DNA from: Malacoraja senta
Lineage: Eukaryota
Direction of reading: 5' to 3'
Length of the DNA: 20,000 nucleotides
Assembly: GCA_038087875.1 (NCBI GenBank)
Contig: JAXLNO010000176.1
Location: forward strand, 54,014-74,013
In this document: piece after piece, positions 1 through 8,232 of the stretch
Layout of the letters: every line of letters starts with the position of its first letter
How positions within the stretch are numbered: position 1 is the stretch's first letter
Position numbers and translations under genes: made by a program
The notes under the pieces: model-generated
Seen by the model: only the letters and a program-made list of their open reading frames with translations
Databases searched by the model: none
Told to the model about the DNA's origin: nothing

Positions 1-453
1 CGGCCCAAGCCACTGGGAACTTGGATTGCAATTATCCAGACTTTTTATTGAACCCAAGACCCATTAAGGCATCAGCCTGACTGGATCTGAGCTCAGGTCT
101 CAGTTGATATGACAACCTCTCATCCACTGCTCTACATATTCTTTTTGTACACTGATAAAACTTCAGAGACTTTCAGTACCTGAAGAAAATAATAATACAA
201 AATAATTTAAAGACGACATGAAAGCTTGGTTTAACCAGCGTTTGCAATTTCTTAATTAAGTAAAGTTTTAATAGGTATATGGATTTTTTTAAATGTGAGA
301 ATGAGAATTAGTAATTTAATTGCACCTTTCATTGCATAAAGGGAACACTATGGAACTTGATGATCTTGTTATTATTATTTGCATGTTGGCCTAATTTAGT
401 GTCACGTCTTCTTCCTGAATACCGGTGCTTCTAGAAATGCAACTTCACATGAT

Positions 454-468
454 CACTGCAATATTCTT
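454..468. repeat. Target-site duplication, copy at the L1 3' end (CACTGCAATATTCTT)
   Basis: Identical to 7064-7078; the last two T merge with the poly(T), so the length is 13-15 bp. Confidence 0.95.
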
Positions 469-500
469 TTTTTTTTTTTTTTTTTTTTTTTAATTTTATT
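467..500 (-). terminator. L1 polyadenylation signal (AATAAA, 500-495) and 25-nt poly(A) tail
   Basis: The + strand reads T25-AAT-TTTATT, so the element strand reads AATAAA-ATT-A25, the usual L1 3' end layout. Confidence 0.88.
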
Positions 501-880
501 TTTTAGAAGTACGGTAGATTACAGTAATGTACAACACGTATATATTAATACATTTTTTGTACCGCTTCACTTTTTTAAACTTTAAGAAAGAAAAAGAAAG
601 AAGTAAGAAAAGTGAAGAAAGTGCGCAAAGGTTGTGAAGTGCAAAAGAGTGTTGGGAAAAGAAAGCCCCTTAGAAAAGAAGTTAGAGAAGGAAGTAAAGT
701 TAGAAAATAGACCCTAGAAAAGAAAGAGAAAGAAAGAAGGAACAATCGCTCTATTATAACTCTTATACCATACTTCATAGAGAAGGAACTACCAACCAAG
801 TCTGTTTTTATTTTACCTCCCATTACCAGGTCCAGATACCTTTTATTTATTTATTTGTTTTTCTAAATTACTATTGCACC

Positions 881-3800
881 TCATGCTTGTAATAGGTCCA
901 AAAACGTAGACCACGTCTTTTGAAATTGGTCTACTTTGCCTACTAGGAGGAATCTCATCTCTTCCAGATGTAATGTTTCCAACATATTTGATGTCCACAT
1001 TTTTATTGTTGGTGTGGGCGCATTTTTCCAGAATTTAAGTATAAGCTTTTTTCCCATTATTAGCCCATAATTGAGTAAATTCTTCTGATACACGTTTAAT
1101 TCAGGAATACCTTCCGATATTCCAAAAATAATCCATTCTGGTTTTGGTACCAGTTTTATTTTGATTAATTTTGAAAAAATATCAAATATTTCAAACCAGA
1201 ATTTTTGGATTTTTGTACAAAAAACAAAAGAATGTGCTATGGTAGCTTCTTGACATATACATTTATCACAGATTGGTGAGACGTTAGGAAAGATTTTATT
1301 TAGTTTGGTTTTTGAATAATATAATCTATGTAATGTTTTAAATTGGATAAGCGTATGTCGTACGTTGATCGAGCATTTATGCACCTGTAATAAATGATTA
1401 TCCCAACTCTCTTTTGAAATTTTTATACCTAGATCTTGTTCCCAATCTCTTCTAATTCCATCTGTTGTGGGTATTTCTATATTTAAGATGATATTATATA
1501 AGTATGATATTAAATTAACTGATTCCGCCTTTGTCTTCATTGCTTCATCTAGTAAGTCGGAAGGCATATTATAATAATCTTTTGTGTGTGTTTTCAAATA
1601 GTCACAGATTTGTAGATATTTAAAATATTGATTATTTTTCAAATTATATTTCAGTTGTAGTTGTTGGAATGATAGTAATTTTTCTAATTCATACAGATCT
1701 TCGAGCGTTTTGATTCCCATTCTTTCCCATTGTATAAATGCTTTATCTATGATTGAAGGTTTAAACGATGGGTTATTGACTATTGGTATTAAGAGAGATA
1801 GGTTTCTTAATTTTAGATTCTGTTTTATTTGCTTCCATGTTATAATAGTGCTATATATAATTGGATTTTTATTATAATTTTTATTATTCAAATTTATTGG
1901 AGAGAGAATAATCGCTCCTATATTATTCGGGGAGCAATCCCCTTTTTCCATTATAATCCAGTCCACCTGCTGGGCAGAATTGTCCAGCAGGTGAATCATA
2001 TTTTTAATATTTACTGCCCAGTTATAATACATAAAGTTAGGGAGCGCTAGACCCCCCAACTCTTTTCGTTTGTTAAGGTGTGTTCTTTGTATTCTGTGGG
2101 ATTTGTAATCCCATATAAAATTTGTAATGTCTGAGTCCAGTTTTTTGAAAAACTTTTTTGGGAGATATATAGGTATTGATTGAAATAGGTAAAGGATTTG
2201 TGGTAAGAAAATCATTTTTATAGCATTTATCCTACCTATTAAGGACATCGGAAGTGTTTTCCAAAATTTAATCAGATTATTTAATTTCTTAAGTAGGGGA
2301 TTATAATTAGCTTTAAACATATCATGGTAATTTCTAGTAATCTCAATTCCTAAATATTTGAATTTTTCCATAGCTATTTTAAAAGGGAATTTCCTGAGAT
2401 GTGTTGAGTCTTTTGGTTTAATCGACATAATTTCACTTTTGTTCCAATTTATTCTATATCCTGAAAAGGATCCAAAGTCCTCAATTAAGTTTAATATATT
2501 TGGTATACTAATTTGTGGTTTTGTGATGTACAGTAGTACATCATCAGCATATAGGGATAGTTTGTTGTTTGAATATTTTGTGTTATAACCGTGAATATTC
2601 GAGTGTGTTCTTATTTTTTCAGCAAGGGGTTCAATTACCAAAGCAAATAACAGCGGTGATAGTGAACATCCTTGTCTGTTGCCCCTAGATAATTCGAATT
2701 TTGAAGATAATATATTATTAGTTAGTATTCTAGCCGTAGGTTTGTTATATAGTAGTTTTATCCATGCAATAAAGTTTTCTCCCAATTGGAATTTTTGCAA
2801 TACTTTGATCATATAGTCCCATTCTACTTGATCAAACGCTTTTTCTGCGTCCAGTGAGATGATAGCTAACTCTTGGTCATAAGATTTATGTGAATGCATT
2901 ATGTTAAGCAAACGTCTCAAATTATTAAATGAGTGTCTCTTAGGTATAAATCCTGTTTGATCCTCATGTATTAGTCTACTAACATACTTGCTTAATCTAT
3001 TGGCTAATGTTTTTGCTATTATTTTCTGATCCGTATTTAACAAAGCAATAGCTCTATATGATCCTGGTTCTTCTATATTTTTATCTTTTTTAAGTATTAA
3101 TATGATCGTTGATTCCGCTAGTGTTTCAGGTAGGTTTTGCTCTTTATAAGCATATGTATACATTTTTTGTAATCGTGGAGTAACTATATCATAAAAAGAT
3201 TTATAAAATTCATTACTGAATCCGTCTGGTCCTGGTGTTTTTCCATTTTTTAGTGTTTTTATTGTGTCTTCTATCTCCTTAGAAGTAATTTGTGCTCCCA
3301 GTTCCTCTTGTTCCCTGCGTTCTAATTGTGGTAGATTACAATTATCTAAAAATTCTGAGATTTTATTATTGTCTATTGACATTTTAGATGTGTATAGATT
3401 CTGGTAAAATTGAGCAAATCTTTTATTAATATCCTTGGGTAGTGTTAATACTTCCCCTCTATCTGATTTAATCTTTAATATTGCATTCTCTTTTTCCCGT
3501 TTTTTAAGTTGTCGTGCTAGAAGTTTGTGGGGTTTGTCCCCGAATTCGAAGTGTTCTTGTTTTGTGATTTGAAATAATGTTATAACTTTCTCTGACAGTA
3601 ATTTATTTAACTGAAATTTCAGTAGTAGTATTTTATTATGTTTATCCATAGTTGGGTCTTTAGCATTATCTATATCTAACTGTTTTATTTGATCTTCTAA
3701 GTGTCTTTGTTCATTCTTATTCTTTTTATTTTGATAAGCTTGAAATGAAATAATGACTCCTCTTATAAATGCTTTGAAGGATTCCCATAATAACGTGGGG

Positions 3801-4672
3801 GATATCTCTGGTGTATCATTTAACTCAAAAAATAGATCCATCTGTTTTTTTAGATAGATACTCCCTTGAGGGTCTTTTAAAATTTGTGAGTTAAACCTCC
3901 AGAACGGTTTATTCATAGACATTCCTTCTAGTTTTAGAACAAAAGTTAACGGAGAATGATCTGAGATCGCATTAATATGATATTTAGGATTCAGAGATTG
4001 CGAAATTAATTTTGTATCCACAAGAAAATAGTCTATCCGTGAATATGTTTTATGCACCATTGAATAAAACGAGTAATCCCTTCCCGTCGGGTTTGCAATC
4101 CTCCATACATCTGTTATATTTGTGTTTTCCATATATGTGTGTAAGAGTTCACTGGTTTTAGATTTCGTCTGACCTTTTTGTTTTTGCATCGATTTATCTA
4201 AATAAGGATCTAAAACACAATTAAAATCTCCTCCGATTATAACATTTTGATAATTAGATTCTGCAATTATATTCAGAATTTTATTAAAAAATTGAGGGTT
4301 ATCAAAGTTGGGCGCATATATGTTTGCCAGCGTAATTGGCATATTATTGATCTCCCCTGCTACTATAAGATATCTCCCTTCCTTATCTAAAATAGTGTTC
4401 TTTGATTTAAATGGAATTCCTTTACGAATAATAATTGCAGTACCTCTAGATTTGGAGGTAAATGAAGAGTGAAATGTTTGGCCTATCCAGTTCGCCCTCA
4501 GTCTTGTCTGATCTTGCTGTTTAAGATGTGTTTCCTGTAGAAACGCAATGTCCGTGTTGTATGATTTCAACTGAGCTAGTATCTTGCCCCTTTTAATAGG
4601 TTCATTAATCCCCCTTATATTCCAACTACATAATGTGATTCCTCCTATTTTCTTTTGATTGTCGTCATGCAT
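881..4672 (-). CDS. L1 ORF2p: APE-type endonuclease, reverse transcriptase and C-terminal CCHC knuckle (1263 aa)
   Basis: EN motifs SWNIRG, FLQETH, NIYAPN, GGDFN, SRIDYF, SDHSP; RT motifs KTPGPDGF, YRAIALL, QTGFIP, SLDAEKAFD, RQGCSLSPLLF, YADD, YLGI; C-terminal CDKC...HSFVFC; no stops or frameshifts. Confidence 0.97.
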   Translation of the reverse strand: MHDDNQKKIGGITLCSWNIRGINEPIKRGKILAQLKSYNTDIAFLQETHLKQQDQTRLRANWIGQTFHSSFTSKSRGTAIIIRKGIPFKSKNTILDKEGRYLIVAGEINNMPITLANIYAPNFDNPQFFNKILNIIAESNYQNVIIGGDFNCVLDPYLDKSMQKQKGQTKSKTSELLHTYMENTNITDVWRIANPTGRDYSFYSMVHKTYSRIDYFLVDTKLISQSLNPKYHINAISDHSPLTFVLKLEGMSMNKPFWRFNSQILKDPQGSIYLKKQMDLFFELNDTPEISPTLLWESFKAFIRGVIISFQAYQNKKNKNEQRHLEDQIKQLDIDNAKDPTMDKHNKILLLKFQLNKLLSEKVITLFQITKQEHFEFGDKPHKLLARQLKKREKENAILKIKSDRGEVLTLPKDINKRFAQFYQNLYTSKMSIDNNKISEFLDNCNLPQLERREQEELGAQITSKEIEDTIKTLKNGKTPGPDGFSNEFYKSFYDIVTPRLQKMYTYAYKEQNLPETLAESTIILILKKDKNIEEPGSYRAIALLNTDQKIIAKTLANRLSKYVSRLIHEDQTGFIPKRHSFNNLRRLLNIMHSHKSYDQELAIISLDAEKAFDQVEWDYMIKVLQKFQLGENFIAWIKLLYNKPTARILTNNILSSKFELSRGNRQGCSLSPLLFALVIEPLAEKIRTHSNIHGYNTKYSNNKLSLYADDVLLYITKPQISIPNILNLIEDFGSFSGYRINWNKSEIMSIKPKDSTHLRKFPFKIAMEKFKYLGIEITRNYHDMFKANYNPLLKKLNNLIKFWKTLPMSLIGRINAIKMIFLPQILYLFQSIPIYLPKKFFKKLDSDITNFIWDYKSHRIQRTHLNKRKELGGLALPNFMYYNWAVNIKNMIHLLDNSAQQVDWIIMEKGDCSPNNIGAIILSPINLNNKNYNKNPIIYSTIITWKQIKQNLKLRNLSLLIPIVNNPSFKPSIIDKAFIQWERMGIKTLEDLYELEKLLSFQQLQLKYNLKNNQYFKYLQICDYLKTHTKDYYNMPSDLLDEAMKTKAESVNLISYLYNIILNIEIPTTDGIRRDWEQDLGIKISKESWDNHLLQVHKCSINVRHTLIQFKTLHRLYYSKTKLNKIFPNVSPICDKCICQEATIAHSFVFCTKIQKFWFEIFDIFSKLIKIKLVPKPEWIIFGISEGIPELNVYQKNLLNYGLIMGKKLILKFWKNAPTPTIKMWTSNMLETLHLEEMRFLLVGKVDQFQKTWSTFLDLLQA

Positions 4673-4913
4673 TTTTACCAGTTTTAATGACCTTAATTAT
4701 TGTGGTGCGTTCATACCTCCGGACTCTGGTTATTTTGGGAGTATTTCTATTATAGACTTCCTTGGTAGTTCTCCTGCGCGATTGTCCTTGAAGAAAAAAC
4801 ACACAGATGTGACATATTGTGATTAAAAAAAAAATATATAAATCAAATAAATTTACGGTGTCTAAAATTTCAACACCGTAGTGAGTGGCCCACTCATCTG
4901 TGGGGTACGACAT
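4665..4913 (-). CDS. Putative 82-aa small ORF (one hydrophobic helix plus basic tail) overlapping the ORF2 start
   Basis: First ATG of the listed 4665-4970 ORF is at 4913; peptide contains LFDLYIFFLITICHICVFFL followed by an R/K-rich tail; stop overlaps the ORF2 ATG as ATGCATGA. Confidence 0.35.
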   Translation of the reverse strand: MSYPTDEWATHYGVEILDTVNLFDLYIFFLITICHICVFFLQGQSRRRTTKEVYNRNTPKITRVRRYERTTIIKVIKTGKNA

Positions 4914-5085
4914 CCATAACGCTTCCGGCGTAGTTGGTATAAAGTTAGCCCCGCTGTATTTATTACCCAAAATCTATGGGGTCATTACCGTTTCCAATTC
5001 AGTTCTATTTCACCCAGTTACAATTTATATATATGTCAAATGTATTCGATTCCATATCCTACTCACTCTTTATCTCTTAACTATT

Positions 5086-5202
5086 TTAAAATGAATTTAG
5101 TATTGTTAAAGTGAGCGGTTTACTGAGTGGATTAACCGGAGTCAGGTTCCTGGAATTGTGCCAGGTGCCTGATCTCCTCTCCTCTCCACGAGCTGCGAAC
5201 AT
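5086..5202 (-). CDS. Putative 38-aa micropeptide in repeat copy A (MFAARGEERRSGTWHNSRNLTPVNPLSKPLTLTILNSF)
   Basis: Translated by hand; paralogous to 5377-5499 with an excess of synonymous differences. Confidence 0.35.
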   Translation of the reverse strand: MFAARGEERRSGTWHNSRNLTPVNPLSKPLTLTILNSF

Positions 5203-5376
5203 AGGTGATAACTGCTGTCTGCGTTATGACGCAGGCACCACAGTTTTATCAGTTTCAAATATTATTTCTATATTAGTATTGTTAATTATTAATTATGATT
5301 AATTCTCAGCATTTTGTAAAACTATATAAGCCGTATATATTTTTCATATCAACCTCGAGTGTATATTATCTCTTAA

Positions 5377-5499
5377 CTATTTTAAATTGGTTTTAATATT
5401 GTTAAAAATGAGCTGTTCGCTGGGAGGGTTAACGGGAGTCTGGCTCCTGGAGTTATGCCAGGTACCCGGTCTCCCCCTCCCTCCACTCTCGAGCTGCAT
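5377..5499 (-). CDS. Putative 40-aa micropeptide in repeat copy B (MQLESGGRGRPGTWHNSRSQTPVNPPSEQLIFNNIKTNLK)
   Basis: Translated by hand; ATG is the same distance (11 codons) from GTWHNSR as in copy A. Confidence 0.35.
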   Translation of the reverse strand: MQLESGGRGRPGTWHNSRSQTPVNPPSEQLIFNNIKTNLK

Positions 5500-5884
5500 A
5501 GCACTTGCTGTTATCTGCTAAACAGAGCACATTTTTTATCTATTTCAATTGCTATTTCTATATTAGTATTGTTAATTGTTAATTATTATTAGTTCTCAGT
5601 TTTTTCAGTTTTTTATAAACAATATAAGCCATGTGATGTTTTTCACTCTCAGCCCAGCAGTTCGTCCCGTGTTATCAGGTTTTCCTCGTTTGAGCACGTA
5701 GTGTCCTTGAATTACATAGCACAATGTTCCAGCGAAGATAATAATGTCTAGCCACGTCTCACTAAGAATCTGTTGCTTGAAGTCAAATAAAAAATAAAAA
5801 AATCAGTGTTCAGTTAATTCACTTTCCTTGTGATACTCTTGTTGGAAGAATAAGCAAGTTCGTTTGTTCATGTCGTCTTGGTTT

Positions 5885-6880
5885 TCAATCTCCAGTTGAT
5901 GCAGCCTTAGTCGCGATTTCTTGAGCGTATTTGAGAGATTCATCCGAATTAGTGAATGTTTTTGACACTCCCTCAAAGGTGATACGCATTCTAGCCGGAT
6001 AGAACACTCCACACAAAACTCCCTTAACACCATAAAGAACTTCTCTGGTCTGTGAGAACTTTCTTCTCTTTTGCTCAATCTCATAAGGGTAGTCCCGTAG
6101 GAGTTTAATAGTATCACCTCTGTACATCATCTTCTCTCCGTGGTTGATTTTTTTCATCAGCGCTTCCATTGTTGAGATATCCCGAAGTTTAATTATGATC
6201 TGTCGTGGGTAGGCACGTTCTCCTTGAGATCTTGATTTAAATCTGGGGAGTCGATGTGCTACTTCAATTACAGGTACTTCTGGTAGCTTCAGTACGTGTT
6301 TAATTAGGTTGGCAGCGAACTCACAAACATTGTCCCCCTCAGCTCCCTCTTTTACACCACGTATTCTTATATTTTGGCGTCTTGAGCGAGCTTCTAGGTC
6401 AACACATTTATTCGAAACCTTTGTGACTTGGTTCTTGAGACTATCTATTTCTGACTTCATAGTCTGCATCTCTCCAGCCATCACTTCCACAACAGCTTCC
6501 AAATCATTCACTGCAGATGCATTTGCAGCCACAGTTTCGTACACAGCCTCAAACATCTTTGTGGTCTCTTCTGCCACCTTTTCAATTTTTATCGATAATC
6601 CTTTTTCCACACCTTCAATTCTTTTTTGGAGAGCCTCAATACCCTCAAGTATTTTATCATTACCGGCCATCAATTTACTGTTCCCAGCTTCCATATCATT
6701 TTTGATATCTCTTACCGAGTTTCTTAAGTCCTCCATTTCGGCTTTCTCTTTTGCAGATCGAGTAGCCATTCCAGAGACCTCTCCAGAGGTCAGTTCTGAA
6801 GTTTCTTGCTGTTCCAGAGTCTTCAGCAGATGTTTTGAGATTTTCCTCTGTGGGCTCTGACCTGGAGATGTACTTTTCAT
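5885..6880 (-). CDS. L1 ORF1p: coiled coil, RRM and CTD RNA-binding protein (331 aa)
   Basis: Heptad-rich N-terminal half followed by LEARSRRQNIRIRGVKEG, IEVAHR, PRQIIIKL, DYP, RRKF and FYPARMRI, typical of vertebrate L1 ORF1p; ATG start; upstream of ORF2 on the same strand. Confidence 0.95.
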   Translation of the reverse strand: MKSTSPGQSPQRKISKHLLKTLEQQETSELTSGEVSGMATRSAKEKAEMEDLRNSVRDIKNDMEAGNSKLMAGNDKILEGIEALQKRIEGVEKGLSIKIEKVAEETTKMFEAVYETVAANASAVNDLEAVVEVMAGEMQTMKSEIDSLKNQVTKVSNKCVDLEARSRRQNIRIRGVKEGAEGDNVCEFAANLIKHVLKLPEVPVIEVAHRLPRFKSRSQGERAYPRQIIIKLRDISTMEALMKKINHGEKMMYRGDTIKLLRDYPYEIEQKRRKFSQTREVLYGVKGVLCGVFYPARMRITFEGVSKTFTNSDESLKYAQEIATKAASTGD

Positions 6881-7063
6881 TTAAAATGACTTTCCCTCCG
6901 TTAAAATCGCGGCGCTTACTGATGACGTCATCAGCACCGCGACATGAAGCTCCGGTAAGTTTTTAAAAACGGTCCCGACCTCCAGACCCGATTTTAACGC
7001 GAAAAATCGCGATTTTTTCAGCGGAGCTAAAAAGTTTGCGACTGCTAGCAGAGCATGTCGCAA
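6881..7063 (-). promoter_or_regulatory. L1 5' UTR / putative internal Pol II promoter (183 bp, CpG-rich, full CRE site TGACGTCA at 6923-6930)
   Basis: Dense CpG compared with flanks; lies between the TSD and the ORF1 ATG; several palindromes. Promoter function is inferred from L1 biology. Confidence 0.7.
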
Positions 7064-7078
7064 CACTGCAATATTCTT
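7064..7078. repeat. Target-site duplication, copy at the L1 5' end
   Basis: Identical to 454-468; the inferred nick site 5'-TCTT/AG resembles the L1 endonuclease consensus 5'-TTTT/AA. Confidence 0.95.
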
Positions 7079-8232
7079 AGCATAGCGATGTCCTACTTAG
7101 TAATCCTTTGATATTTTTTCTCCACAAAATGGTCATTTCTTTTCACCACACATAACTGAATGTGAACATGAATTCAGATAGTCGCCTTCTGCAGACTGAT
7201 TTAGGCACAAGGTGCTTTCCATGCGGGCATCCATTGCCAGAGACTCTTCAAAACTCTCAGGAGGTTATTTCTGGTTTCTAATCTCTGATTATCTCTGAAC
7301 GTGGATGTGCAGCCCCTGGCATAAATCGATGTGGCATCCGTTAGTCTGCTCAGCATTCCTCCTGCTAAACAGATTGCTTCTGACAGCTATGCAAGTTGCA
7401 GTTAAATTTAACCAGATATAGTGGATGGGCTTTTGTCTTCTGAAATATTGCCAGACATTGCTATTCATTTCTTTTCTGCAATTGTCATCACGTCATTTAA
7501 AGATATCCAACTCGTGATTCAGTGGGTCAAATGCCCATTATAATTGCCACGGTACTCTGTTTGTTGAAGACCTTTTTACTCAAACCCATGACTCTGTAAT
7601 CCTCTGCAAAGAGAATGTACACTCAGAAATTCAAACTACATGGAAATTATTCAATCGTTTCCCAATTCTAACAAGGACATTTGAATGTCTGCACAGTAAT
7701 TTCCTGGGAACACTGTTTGTTTCTCTTTTATCTTCATCTTTTGAAGTTTGATTTGTTCTATTTTAATTTGAACATTTACACTATTTTGAGGGCATGGCTT
7801 CTTGTGGCAATGACAGATATTCACGTTTACAAAACAAGATCCACTTTGTTGCTTCTTTTGAGTCATGATGCGGCTAAAATGGACTGGGAGTTGTTTGTAA
7901 AATAATACTCAGCATAAAATCTCTGCTTATCAAAGTCTAGTCTTTGTTAACAATTCTCATGTTTTCTACCACAAGTGGCGTATGTCCGGAACCTGCCAAC
8001 AATTAACTGCGATGTTAGCAGAGATAAAAATGACAAATTTAGGTAACACAATATCAAATATTTATATTGCACTTTCAGCATGATGAAATGATCCAAAACA
8101 CTTCACAAAAACATTAGTAAAGAAACAAAATAATACAATAGAAATAGATATTGGGAAGGCCAAAACCATTGACAAGGAGAGAGATGTGTAAAGTTAACAG
8201 ATGATAAGGCATTAATGTGAAATTTCTGATTG

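Larger units (their letters stand above)
5070..5654. repeat. Diverged tandem duplication (two ~290-bp units, period 296) in the L1 inter-ORF region
   Basis: TTATCTCTTAACTATTTTAAA at 5070 and 5366; shared CCTGG-N7-CCAGG, GAGCTGC, TATTTCTATATTAGTATTGTTAATT, TTCTCAG and ATATAAGCC blocks in the same order. Confidence 0.93.
469..7063 (-). mobile_element. Full-length L1-clade LINE retrotransposon (~6.6 kb), apparently intact and recently inserted
   Basis: Two uninterrupted ORFs with L1 ORF1p/ORF2p motifs; poly(T) at 467-491 on + (poly(A) tail of the element); AATAAA just before the tail; identical flanking repeat CACTGCAATATTCTT at 454-468 and 7064-7078; CpG-rich 5' UTR. Confidence 0.97.

Noticed and set aside
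4882..4905. CAGATGAG plus hairpin on the minus strand as a hammerhead
   Set aside because: Core mismatch and no GAAA after the stem.
5803..6117. 104-aa ORF overlapping the ORF1 3' end
   Set aside because: GTG start, alternative frame of ORF1, no motif or supporting paralogy.
6309..6860. 183-aa + strand ORF
   Set aside because: Antisense shadow of L1 ORF1, non-ATG start, no recognisable domain.
6919..6934. CTGATGA as a hammerhead core in the L1 5' UTR
   Set aside because: No helix II closing onto a GAAA on either strand; better explained as a CRE palindrome.
6881..7066. 61-aa ORF spanning the 5' UTR
   Set aside because: Starts at a GTG inside the TSD, outside the element; only the 16-aa ATG uORF is kept.
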